NCBI GenBank assembly: GCA_001179505.1
Contig: CDMY01000436.1
Location: 186,001 to 250,000 of the forward strand
Source: Vitrella brassicaformis CCMP3155
Taxonomy: Eukaryota; Protista; Chromerida
Length of the DNA: 64,000 nt
Direction: 5' to 3'
In this document: positions 34,713 to 56,109 of the stretch, piece by piece
How positions within the stretch are numbered: the stretch's first letter is position 1
How the letters are laid out: every line of letters begins with the position of its first letter
Position numbers and translations under genes: made by a program
Notes under the pieces: generated by a model
The model's input: the letters and a program-made list of their open reading frames with translations, nothing else
Databases searched by the model: none
What the model was told of the DNA's origin: nothing

Positions 34713-37700
34713 ATGCATAGCTGCTTTCATATGATGCCTCGATCGATGCCTTTGACGCTTGCGTACTTACCTTTGTGTAATTCGTTCGCACACTCATTCG
34801 TTCATAGGGCCGAGGGACACACTGGGGGCGGAGGGGAGGCTCAGCTGGTCTTTATGAAGCGTGTGTCTGCGCGTGTGTATGTGTGTATGTGTGTATGTGT
34901 GTATGTCGTATTGCGTATTTGTTTTCTAAGGCACTTTTTCTAAGGAAAGGAATGTCTGTGTGCATCTATTTGTGCTGCGGTTGGCGGGCGGCGGGCAAAC
35001 GGCTGGCTGGCTATATATGCGAGTGCGACTGAGGGAGGGGAGGCACGATGGGTGGATGTGTGTGTGGATGCATGTGTGTTGTGTGTATGTGGCACCGTGC
35101 GTAGCGTACGCCCAGCTCGTCTCATCATTGATTGCACTGCATAGAGAGAGCGAAAGGTACGCAAAGCTGATACGCATGTATGTGTGCCTGTGCCTGCGCC
35201 TATGGGTGGCATTTGCGGTTGTTAAGTTTTCACTCACTTTTTGCACGGTTCGCTTCATGATGCGTTACATACATGTCTCTGCAGTGCACACACACACGGA
35301 TACAGACACAAACAATATATTATTACACACATGCATGGCTGGCACCGGGCAGCCTCTTTGCTGGCTGCTGCCGGAAAACGATAGCAAACGGGCTGGAGAG
35401 GGCGGGAGAGGGAGGAACAATTCGTTGTCTTTAGCACTGACTATATTGAGACGGACTGTTTTATCGGCTGCCACAGCTGGTTGGTTGCTTGGTTGGGAGG
35501 CTAGACGGCTGGCTGGCTGGCCGTCCACTCTCGCATCAGTCGGATTTTTGACATGTTTGTTTGTGTGCAGTGAGTGCATTTGTGTGCCGTGTGTTGGTTG
35601 GCGGTTGGGGTGTGGGTGTGTTGGTCGGCCGTTGACAGCTGGCTGGTTTTTGGATTTGCACTGCTGATCGATCGATGGCTAGATGGATGATTGGTCTGTC
35701 TAATGCATGTGTGTGTGTGTGTGTGTGTACAGAGGGGCCAGGGTGTGAGAGTGACTGCGTATGCGGCGACACGTTCATGCACGCCACTCTGTGAGACGAC
35801 GAGACGAGCAAGTAACCAACCCCATTTGATCAATCCAATGTCGCGTGCGTCATACATGTAAGGTGCGATTGATCCGCTGACACTCATTGAAAGCAGCGAG
35901 CGATTGTCCTCCCCCTGTCGGTCAGTGAATCCTCGAACGAATGGCACACACCCGAGCGCGTCACGTGTTTGGCCCCCACATAGCATGCATGCCCCACATA
36001 TAGCTAGCGTACAACGAACAAACACGCTGCCTGCATGCCATGGATGCGCGGAGATACATCTGCATGGCATGGGGGCAGCCGAATGAATGAATGATGAATT
36101 ACTCACACAGTGCGATCGATCGCAGGCACCACTCAGTCAGTCAGCCAGTCACCGGACAGACGGACAGACAGACAGACCATACACAACAGACCATACGCCG
36201 AAACAGCACCACGGAAAAAACGGGAGGGGGTCGTTAGTTCGTTCGGTTGTCGCTATGAGAGCTTCCCTCCCTCCCTCCCTTAATGCGTCGATCGACCTGA
36301 CTGAGCGCACCAAAAGCCTTAAAAACACTGCTCCTTCGCTCGTTCGCTCGCTCGTCCGCATCTCTTTCTTCTTCAGTCGCTTGCGATCATTACTCGAACA
36401 GACCCAAATATGTATCTTTCTTCCATTCCATTCCATTCCATTCCATTCGTCTCATTGGTCCATTCTCCCGTCCGCCGCTCTCATTCCTTCCCGCTTGACT
36501 CGCTGTGTCCATTCATCCCTCCCTCCCTTGCACCCTGCCTGCCCTATCAGAGTGTAAGAGAGGAAGCATTGCGTCCGCAATGAATTACGGAGTGGAACTA
36601 ACTGTAAGTAAGGACATGCAGACACGCAGCCCACCCAGTTCCCTCTAAGTAGATAGAAGTAGATAGAACGTGCAGCATGGAATGGATGGACGGTCGGTTG
36701 GTTCGTTCGTTCGTTGCGTCAGACCGACAGTGTTGGTTCATTCGTTTGATGCGTTGCATGCCATCTCATGGAACGACTTACACACATGCATGCATGCAGG
36801 TGGGGTCCCCTGAAAAACTCCGCGTGCGAATGGCTGGCTGGCTGGTTGGCCAGGCAGCACAGCCACGCAGGCACGGAGGAGGGCTCACCCACGCGGCTCA
36901 AATCGACCGATCATGGACTGGATGATGCAGACACGCACACGCACAGTACACGCACCCGACAGACAGACAGACAGACAGATAGACGGACAGCAGATAGAGT
37001 GTGTGGCACCAAACCGACATACCAACCAAACAGCTTCCGCCCACTAGCACGAATGAAGGCCCCACCAATCACATCCCATCCCACCCCACACCCCGCACCG
37101 CGACAAGCGAGTTCCATCGACAAACGTCCTCCCCCTCCCCGCCCTGCCCTGCCCCGCCGGTCGGCGCTTCCCCACAACACACACATGCACACCACACGAC
37201 CACAGACCACACCACACAAACACGCACACACGGATGGACACGCACACACGTCGCGCGCGCAAGAGAGAGAGCGCGCGACAGAGGTGTGGACTGAGGAAGG
37301 CCGCTACGAGTCAATTCGGACACGGAGAGCACGAGTGAGTGCACACCACACATGGCATGGGTCCCGTCCCAGAGAGCGGGTGGCGTATCGCATCTATATA
37401 CCCGCCCGCTTCCCCCGTCCGCTTGCCCGTGTACGTAGAGGTCGACAGATAAAGATGTATACGCACCTGTGGTCCATGCAATGCAATCAATGTGTGTAGA
37501 AGCCGGCCGCCCAGCCGTGCTGCTTGTTGCACACACGCCTGTGGCAGCCAGCCAGCCAGCCAGTCAGGCAGGCAGGCAGGCAGGCAGGCAGACACGAAGG
37601 TAGTGGGTGAAGCGACGGGAGAGGCATTCAGTCATGTGAGGCCCTGGCGCACAGTTCCATCGGAATGGCGCAGGAAGTAGTGTTGGCACGCCTCTCCAAT

Positions 37701-40700
37701 CCTCTCCCCTCCTCATCATGTAGACAGACAGTTAGTTAGTCACTTACATATAAGACGTTAGATAGACAGACGCGACGCATGGATAGCAACCAACACATGA
37801 GACGGCTGTGCTGAACAGATAGATGAGATGATGAATGGGTGCATGTTGATCGATCTCTCCATCTCTCTCTCTCTCCGTTACCTCCCACAGCCAGGCAGAC
37901 CACATAAATAAGCTCATGACGCGCCCGTCCGTCCGTCCACCCACTGCATGCCTTCACACAGCCACCCACACACACACACACACACGTACTCGTACGCCAC
38001 ACACAAGGAAGCCAGAGCCCATATAGACAGTCAGGCAGACACACACAGAGAGAGAGACGGATGGACAGCAGTGGATAAAAGAACCATCACATCTCTCCTC
38101 CCTCCCTCCCCTCCTCTCCTCTCCTCTCGACCAAACAGATAAAGAAGTATAGGTGTGTGTGTAGATATGGGTGTTAGTTATAGACAGGGAGGCGGGGCGA
38201 GAGGGGCGGGCGGTGAACTGACTGACCCGAGAGGCTTGAAACAAACACACACACACAGTCAGTCAGTCAGTCAGTGATCTGAGTGAAAGGTGGGATCGGT
38301 CCCACACACTACAAATAGATAGCTACATACATAACATAGGACAAAGAGGGTGTGGACACAACGCACGCGACACAGCCATCCTCCATGCAGACGCAAAGCA
38401 CCCAGATCATTCAAACAGGGAGGGACCTACGTACGGAGACCTTGGGAAAAAGGGGCCCTTGTGTCGCGTTCGTCTGCCTGCCTGTGGTGCCGTCACGCCT
38501 CGTCCCGCGACCGCATCCCTTGGAAGGAGGACTCCACAGCCAGACAAGACCGTGGAGGCTTCAAAGAAGTGCGACCACGGACGAGGCGTAGCCGACCCAG
38601 CGGCAAGCAAAGGGCAAAGCAGCATCAGGTAGGTGTGTATGTGTGTACGCAGGGAGGGAGGGAGGCAGGCCGGCCGGAAGGCGGAATGAATCGATGCATG
38701 GCTGTTCTGTCTGTCTGTCCATCCGTCGTCGACACAGGGGATGAACATGGCCGGAGATCAGACAGACAGGGAGAGGAAGAGAAAGGGTGGGTGAGATGAG
38801 AGAAGAGGAGACAGAGATAGAGAGGGTGCAAAATGTCACGATCCTATGCTGTCAAACGATCGACCAACACACGTGCGTGCGTGTGTGTGTGTGTGTGTCT
38901 GCCTGTCGTCGAATACTCGACCGACGTGTGTGTGGCGTGGGCGTGTTGTGCTGTGTGATGGGAAGGTGCTAGCTGTGTCATGGTTGCCTTGCCTGACGAG
39001 TGAGTACACGGATGGGATGAAAAATCAGGGCACGGTACGTACGAACCACACAGACCAGACAGACAGACAGACATACAGACGACGCATTCAGTCAGTTATA
39101 TAGCCTAGCCCATCCCATGCCCCCCGACAGACAGCCAGCCACAGCCACAGCCACCCACACAAGCATCAGAATAGCCAACCGGCGCCACATCGCCCTCCTC
39201 TCACCTCCCCTCCCATCCGCCCGTGCGTCCGTCTGGTGAGCCAGCCAATGGAACACTCACTCACTCAAGCCAACTCATCCATCTATCCTTCCATCCATCC
39301 ATCTACCTTTCATCATCCCTGGCATGGCATGGTGTGGGGGGTGCGGTGCGTGGCCGGCTGGCTCACCTGCGTCGAAAACGTGAGGAGCTTGCTTGAATGA
39401 GGGATAAGGGATGAGGGAAGGCAAGGCAAGGAAGCTAGCTCCCGCACGCGCGCACCGATCAAAAAGAAGGATGAGGGACACAGAGAGAGAGGAGGGAGGG
39501 CAGCCAGCCAGCCGTTCAAAGTGAGCGTAGGTTAGATAGGGTGAGTGAGTGACTTAGACAGTGATTGAGCACCATTCCGCGTGTTGTGCTTAATTAAACC
39601 ACACGCACCAAGGAACACACCAAGTCCTGCCAGGCCATCAATCAACCATGGAGCTGTCAATCTATCCATCCATCGATCCATTCATCCATCCATGCATTCA
39701 TCCATCAGCCAAGCCAAGCCATGTGTGCACATGGGCGAGCCAGTCGAGTCGGTCGAGCTGTCCCAGGGGATAAATATAGGCAGACAGACAGACGGTACCA
39801 TCACCAGTACCATCACCGACCGAAGGCGTTGAAAAAACCGCTGCCTCGTCTGTCTCTTGTCTCTGTCTCTCTGTCTCTCTCTCTGCGAGTGTGCGTCTGT
39901 GTGTGAGGCATCCAGAAACACCATACGAGGAGGGAAGAAGAAACTCTGCAAGAGCAGCCTGCCTGGCCGGCACTCGTGCACGAGAAAAAGCGGCAAGGCA
40001 GCAGCGAAGAAGCGATAGTGGAGAGAATAGTGTGTAAAAGAGAGTGAGTGTGTCGTGTGTGCGCGATAATGAGCCGATGGTATCCACAGTGCGGTGTGTG
40101 AGGTGAGCGATGGGTGCACATCCAATCCAGCCGCAGCAGCATCACATGCACCCCACGCCACGCAAGACAAGGCAAGACACCGGTGCCCCCCCACCCCATG
40201 TCCCCCCACCCCATCCCATCCCGCCAATGACGATAAAAGTAGGTGGGAGGCTCAGCACACCACACCACACCACACACCGACAAACCAACCAACAAACGAA
40301 ATAGCAAACAGCCCCAACGGTCGATCCAACGACAACCATCCATCCATCCCTCCATTTCAGGCAGCAGCCAGCCAGTGACAGACCCGAAAGGAACACACGT
40401 GATAACGAACGTGACGGTGAGGGTGCGATAGATGCGCTGCGGGTGGGCAAGAGAAAACCACCTAACCTACATATACAGAATGGTATGTGATGAGCGTGTG
40501 CATTCGGGCGTCCGTCCATCCATCCATCCATCGATCCGTCAACCTCTCCGTCGGTGAGCAGCAAAACAACCGCGTGACGTGACGTGACGATACACACGTA
40601 GGTACGTGCATATGTGATATTTATTTACAGAATAATATAGCGGGAAAGGCAACGGGTCAGTCAGTCAGTCACGGCACGCGAGAGGGAGGGAACCTTAGGT

Positions 40701-41296
40701 CCGCCTGCCTGCCTGCCTCTGCGTATGAGGGCGTAGAGATGAGAAATAAGAGAGACGAGACAACGAGACGACATGAGACGAGAAAAAGGAAAGAAAAAGG
40801 GAGAGAATTGTGTATACACACGCAACGCAACGCAACGCAACGTGACAGCCAGTGAGCGCTAGTAGTGTGTTCTTTCTGCTCTGCTCCAGAGTGTGTGTAT
40901 GTTTGTCATGTTCACCAAAAGAAACAGATGACAGACAATACAGCGACCCACAAAAAAAAGCCGTAGACAGACAGGTGTCAACAAGTTCTTGATGAGAACG
41001 TTTTCGGTCGTGACACTACAACATCAGGTGCGAAAACACGTTCAACGAGCCCCCATCCCCCCCGGACTCTCACACCACACCACAGCACACCAAGGCACAT
41101 GACAGCAGCCTCTTCCCTCCCTCGTGTGCGCCATCCCTCCCATCCCCCACCCATTCAGCGAGCTAACAATCTACCAGGCAGGCAGTCAGGCACTAGTTGA
41201 TCAAAGTGCCTGCCCTCAAGCACACGGCCACCCAGCCATGCCATCCAGGAATCAATCACACCAGCACTCAATGCCTCCATCGATCAGACCTCACCC

Positions 41297-44362
<3,066 letters not shown>

Positions 44363-44985
44363 CTACTGTCGGTCGGTCGCTCGGTCGGTCAGCGGTCAGC
44401 AGGCGGGGCGGGTGTGGGTGGGAAAGGTGTGGTTGGCGAGCACAGCGCAGCGCAGCGGGGAGGTCCGAGGGCGAGAGAGCGAGATGGGGTGGACAGAGCA
44501 GAGCAGGTCAGTCGCGGCAAGCCGGTCAGTCAGTCACCAAAAATGAGAGAGAGACACACGGGAGGGAGGGAGCCGCCTCGCCTCGCCTCAGCGCCAAGCC
44601 GGCAAGTCGACAAACCGCCACAGCACCAGCGTCTTAAGAGCCACGCGCGCTGTCACCGGGTGGACGACTGAGAGTGGGAAGGACTGACAGGCCGTTGTCG
44701 TCGCACCAGAGATCCCGGTCGGTGGCTGCTACACGTGGCGGGTCATCTCGTCTTGGGCGTGTCGGCGAGTGAGAGATTGGGAACCCGACAGCCGGAAACC
44801 TCACGGCGCGAGAAAACCTTAGGGCGGCGTTAGAGGCCGAAATAACGCGAAACAAATGTGAAGCTCGCATCTCCCCGTCGTCCACAGCAAAAGGACTCCC
44901 ACAGATCCCTGGAGAACCAACGACCGCCACAGCTGCAGAGGATCGGTCGGAACAGAGGCTTAAGAAGGCCTCCGGCAAGCCAAGA

Positions 44986-47402
44986 ATGAGGCCTCCGGCG
45001 TATGACGATGAAACCCACAAGGGCAGCGTGCTTCAGAAGACAGCGGACTTCCCGCTGCAAGGGGTGGGTCGTGTCGCATTCTGGTGAGAAGGGAAGTGGG
45101 AATGAGGTATCAATTATGATATCAGTGGATGGACGGACTCGGGGCGTTTGTTGCTTGTTTCAAAGCTTGTCCTGGGACTTTGGCGGCTCGGCGGTTGATG
45201 CAGACGTGCAGGCCCTGGCCGTCGATAACAGGGGAAGGATCACAGGTGCGCACACAGCTGACGTGACACCATGCGATGGACTGATGGCATTGATTGAACG
45301 GTTCTGTCTGTCTGTCCGTCTGTCTGTGTGGCGCCATGCCATCCGTGCATCACAGATGCGTGTTACTACAACAAGTAAGTACGCTGGCTGCCTGAGATGG
45401 ATGGATGTGACTCTGTCTGTCTGTCTGTCTGTCTGACACAGCTTGAAGGCGCTCGGCAAGGCGCTCACGCACAGCGGCGATTCGCTCGACGGCAAGGAGG
45501 AAGGCGTTGACGAGAAGGTAGTGTTACCGTTTCACGTCGACGTGTGAAAAAATGCTGCGCGTTGCGTTGAGGTTAGTTGCTGTCGTCCTGCTTGTTGTTG
45601 ATTGTGCAGGTGGCGGTGAATGTGTCTCGTTTGGGTCAGGAGATCGAGCTGATCATCATCCTCGTGTGCTGCTACAGCGGCGGAAGCCTTGGCAACCTCG
45701 TCGAGGGCATCTTGCGTGTCGCGGACGATGAGTCCAAATGCACCCTTGCACAGGTGTGTCTGGCTGGCTGTGGGTGTTTTGGCGCGTGTGGATGCCTGCC
45801 TCTTTGTCCATGTCATGTGGTTGCAGTTTGTGCTTCGCGAGAAGGGCCAGGCGACGGCCAACATTCTGTGTGCCATGTTCCGCCACGGCGGCTCCTGGAG
45901 CGTCCGCACCATCGACCATGTGAGCATTCGCGAAGGAAGGAAGCACATGCGCAAGAGCATGCCGCTTGGCTGTTGTGTCTGTCGGGTGGGTGTCCTTGTG
46001 ATAAATATCAATCATCACATCAATCAGGCGCTTGCTGACGGGCAGAGGCATTTTATGGACTGCCTGGAGTCCATCCAGACCCACATACGGTCCTTCATCC
46101 CGTCCGCACCGACCAGGCAGAAGCTGGCCTTCAGCATGAGGAAAGGTGAGGTGCGGCCGTGTGTGTGGGGTGGTGGTGGTGGTGGTGCTCATTCGGTCTG
46201 TCGTTCGTTCAGGTGGCATTTTCGACTTCGGCTCTCAGCAAGACCTCATCGTGTGTGGCCTGGGATGGTGCGCATCGCAAAACAAGACAGACAGCCGACT
46301 GATATGATCGATCACATACACCCTACCCTACACCCCATGCGTACCTACGTGCATTCGCTCACCCATGCGCTGCGCTTGCTGGTGCGGTGCAGGGACGTGT
46401 CAATGGGCCAGGTCGACCTTGATGCATCATGCTGCCTGCTCGACCAAAACAACAACTTCGTCGAAGCGGTCTTCTTTGGGTCAGTCAAGAGCACCGACAC
46501 ACACAAACACACACACACACACACACAGAAGGCGCGGGAGAATTCTTGGTGTTGGCCCTCTTGTTCTTTGTGTGTGTGCAGGAACCTGAAGAGTAAGGAG
46601 CATGGCGTGCAGCACAGCGGTGACAACTTAACGGGAGAGGGGGAGGGCGACGACGAGCAGGTCACCGTCCACCTATCGCAGATCGGAGAGAGGGTAATAA
46701 GCAAGCTAAGCGAGAGAAGAAGGCCGGGTGGGATCGATGGACGGATGGATAACCGGTGTGTGTTGTCCTTCCTGCTCGCTGTCTTCCTTCCTTCCTTCCT
46801 TCGTGTCTGTCTCACTCCCACCTCCCTCACGTCTACTACTCAGATCAAGTGCCTGTACTTCTGCATCCACATCTACACACCCAACAAGACCTTCATGGTA
46901 GGTAGGTACCACAGGGGGCCCACACACACACCACTCACCAGTGTGTATCACCATCCTCCCCCACACCCACACACCATCCCTGTGTGTGTTTCCCTCCCCC
47001 CTTCCCGCCCCACCCACCCACCCACCCACAGCAAGTGGCCAACCCCTACTGTCGCGTGTGTGACGGGTCGACTGGCGAGGAGTGGTGTCGCTACCAACTC
47101 AGGGAGGCCGGGCCGTCCAGTGGGCTCATCATCGCCAGGCTGCAGAGGGACCCATCAGGCCGCTGGGGATTCGGTGCTCTCGGGGTGCCTTCGAACGGTA
47201 TGGGATGAGACAATGGTGCGTGAGAGGACGCATCGGTGCGTTCGTGTGTGTGGTTTGGTCCACAGGTCGGTTGTACAAGGACTCGGTGCCCGACATGCAG
47301 CGGCTGAATAGCGTGGCGACCAACACGCTCCTGGAGCACCAGCAAAGCATGGTCAGCCAGCAGCCCGACCACTCTCTCCCCATCCCTTCCTGAATGTGTG
47401 TT

Positions 47403-47449
<47 letters not shown>

Positions 47450-47587
47450 AATCAGCTGGGTGTCCCTCCCCCGCAGGTGATAGCAGTGACGACCACGACC
47501 GGACCGGCCGCCGCACCGGCCCCCTACCCCGTGCAGACGCCCGCACCCCCACCACCCAAACAGAACAAATGCTGCACCATACTGTGA
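44986..47587 (+). CDS. Tandem TerD/TerZ-domain protein ending in a CaaX box (CCTIL)
   Basis: Domain 1: RVAFC|LSWDFGGSAVDADVQAL...ALTHSGDSLDGKEEGVDEK. Domain 2: CGLGW|DVSMGQVDLDASCCLL...VFFG|NLKSKEHGVQHSGDNLTGEGEGDDEQVTV...RWGFGALG. C-terminus KQNKCCTIL*. About 13 exons. Confidence 0.9.
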
Positions 47588-48119
47588 TTGATTGAGGTGT
47601 GGGCGGGCTTAGCTATATTAGTGACAGCGGTTTGGTATCTATTCTATCGCACACACAACACTAGCGATGGATGGATGGATGGACAATCCACATGTAACTA
47701 CTGCAGACTCACGTGGGTGAGTGAATGTATAGAAAGGGCACGTACGGCTGACTGTTGTTTGTAAAGGGAGGGAGGGAGGGACGGATGGATGGACGGGCGG
47801 TGGGTGCGGTGTGGTGCCGTGTGTGTGGTGTCTGTCTGTATAAAATGAGAGCGGAGCGGCATATATCTGCACTGTTAATGCATGTGTTTGTGTGACTTTC
47901 CCACGCGAGTTGACTTTGCACGGATGGATCTACAAGTAGCTTTGCTCACTGACGCGGCAGGGGAGAACACCCACCCCTCACACTGACAACTCCCAGGCCA
48001 GGATCGCCCAAAAATCCGGGCCGCCATTATTATACCGGTTCTCGCGACGTCGGTCCCTGATTGTTTTGGCTGGTGATGTTTCATAGCTTAGCCTAGATCT
48101 CTTGCCCTCCCAGGCAGCC

Positions 48120-53735
<5,616 letters not shown>

Positions 53736-54732
53736 ATAGAACAGGTGTGGCTGTCTGTCTGTCGACGGGGGGCGGTTTGAGTGGGGCAGTAGAGGGAGGC
53801 GAGGTGGGTACCCAGGGTGGGTGGAGTGGAGCGGAGCGGGGTAGGCTAATTTGTGTCCGTCCATGTTAATGTGGACGTGACAGACACAGATGTTTGGACA
53901 TACAATGGCTCCATGACGTGTGCGTCAAATCCATTCATTGCGGCATGGCATGCATCCGAACGAACGAACGAACAGCCCAACAAGCAGAGAGACAGAGACC
54001 TCCTTGCTGTTGCCCATCATTCTTCGGAATCCTTGCGCTGATATGTGGACGAGACGAGACACAGCCGAGCGAATACATAAAAAATGTATGTAGCAGCCAG
54101 CGATCGACTGATTGATTCATCGCCACATCACCCACGGCCATGAATGGAGATGCATTGCACGACGCATCGGCTCATGTGGGGCGAGTCGGCTCACAGCGAC
54201 TATGTGGCTCTGCCGCCGAGGCTTTCCTGAGAGCCGCAGGCAGGTGCACATGCTGTCGCTGCAGCCATGCCCGGCTAATAATGAAGTCGTGTGAGACACG
54301 ATAGGTATAGATAGCACTTAGAGAGACAGCCACAGGCCACACGGGTCTGTCTGCATCTGGCTTAACGCCACAAGAAGCTCACGCACTTGATGTACCACTT
54401 AGCACACCCTTCCCACAGATATGCACACGCACACAGATCATCTCATGATGCACACAGCACAGACACCCAAAGTCGCATCGCTGTCCATCCGTCCATCCGT
54501 CCATCCATCCATCCATCCATCCATCCGTCGACACGCAAAGCTAGCCAAGAATGAATGAATGAATGCAGCCAAAATCTTCGCTCCTCAGAAGTGCACATAG
54601 ACAGACAGACAGACAGGTACTCGATTGACAGAACAATGCCTCTCTGGTCCCGTGTTCCATCTCCTCCCTGTCTCTGGCGACAGGCCTCCTCACTGGTCGG
54701 CGCGCATCACACCTGCTCATCATCCGTCATAA

Positions 54733-55940
54733 TCATGATCTGGCTCTGGGCAATGTCCTGACGTCGACGCGCATGGATGCCCGCCACTCGTCTAGTGGCG
54801 GCACGGTGACTTTGGACGAGGCGGCGGCGTTCTCGACACACAGAAAGTCGTCAAACCCCATGCTCTCGTCGCCGTACGGCGACCACAAGACGACATCCTC
54901 AAAGCCCGTGGGACTCTTGACGCTCAGCATCCTGCACACACACACACACACACACGTGCGTTACGCATCTTTTCTCTCATTCCTCGATTGGCGTGCAGCG
55001 CGTGCTGTGCGATGTGTGTGTGTGTGTACCTTACCTGTTGTATCCGGTGTCCTTGATGACCACCTCGCCGGGCAGGTTGCAGTACATCTTGTCGGTGGGC
55101 TCGGTGATCCGCAGCACGTACTCGTCCTCCGTCCCCTCCACATGGGGACTCTGCTGACGGTCGATCACACGCGCCCCCTTGAACGCACCCACCACCTCCA
55201 CATTCGCCAGCGAAGACACGTTCCAGTACGAGTGAAGCGCAGCAGTGAACTCCATGTGGGCCGTGTGGTCGAGGTTCCTCACACGCAGGTCGGTCGACAG
55301 AGCCACGTCACGCAGCGTGACAGTGTACTCGAGAGAGAACGACTTGTCCCAGATCTTGCGGGTCTCGTCGTTGTCTGTCAGCTCCAGCGTCACGTACGCA
55401 TTGCGAGTGAACTCGTCAGACAGCTCCTTGATGCGCCACTCCATGTTGCGTGCAAAGCCGTGCTGCGGCAGCTCGCCGGGGCCGAACTGGGGAAAGCAAT
55501 GAGGAATGCCACCTGCACAGAAACAAACAGGTGAGCACAGCACACCAGCATCTCGCCCCCCGCTTCTCTGGTGATGGATGGCCGTGGTCACCTGAGATGG
55601 CCTTTGAGCCATCCATCTTTGCATCCTTCCTGACGGCGATAACCTCCTCGCCATCAAACGTCCTGAAGCTCGTCAGCGTCGCACCAAATGGGTAGACGGT
55701 TGCCTCAGAGCCACTGGGATGCTTCAGCAGTACCCTTTTGAGAGCCTGGTCATCAAGCACTTCCACCGATGAGAGCGCGGCTTTCGGCACCCATCTCCTG
55801 CGGCCGCCGACGTAGTCGCTGCCCTTCTTGCCGAATGGGCCACGGAGAAACGAAGGGATCTGGAAGCCGACGCATGAATGAAAGGCTGATGCGATGAGCT
55901 GCATGGCCAGCAGCAAGATGAGTGGCGTGCCGCGCGTCAT
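54733..55940 (-). CDS. Aldose 1-epimerase family / glucose-6-phosphate 1-epimerase, plastid-targeted
   Basis: MTRGTPLILLLAMQLIASA-FHSC bipartite presequence. Motifs GATLTSF, KAIS|GGIPHCFPQFG, LPQHGFARN, FTAALHSYW, DVVLWSP and FLCVE. 3 exons. Confidence 0.9.
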
Positions 55941-56109
55941 GATGGTCTTCAGATCTTCAACTGTCCCAGCGCATGGACACCAACGGACAATCTTCGCGAC
56001 AATCTTACCATTCTTCATAAGCTCGCAAATGTTCGAGCTCGCACTCTTCCCCCCAAAAGCGACAGGTGTCTCGTCAAACCCATGACCGACCGACCGAAAA
56101 AGCTGCATC

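Noticed and set aside
15540-36800. Frequent TGCATGCA (ApiAP2-type) motifs
   Set aside because: They occur mostly in introns and 3' regions as part of the general CATG/CA-repeat background, not concentrated in the divergent promoters.
32682-40597. Numerous 100-240 aa ORFs rich in C/V or H/T in the desert and in introns
   Set aside because: They are translations of (GT)n/(CA)n/(CCAT)n microsatellites, with no motif and no coherent exon chain.
40985-41030. Hammerhead-ribozyme or C/D snoRNA-like words (tgatga; ctgatg...gaaa on the minus strand)
   Set aside because: The hammerhead core CUGANGA is not matched (CTGATGT), and no properly spaced D box or terminal stem was found.
45689-47311. 540-aa continuous ORF over the TerD gene
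   Set aside because: It reads through several clear GT-AG introns by chance. The TerD motifs are only contiguous after splicing, in changing frames.
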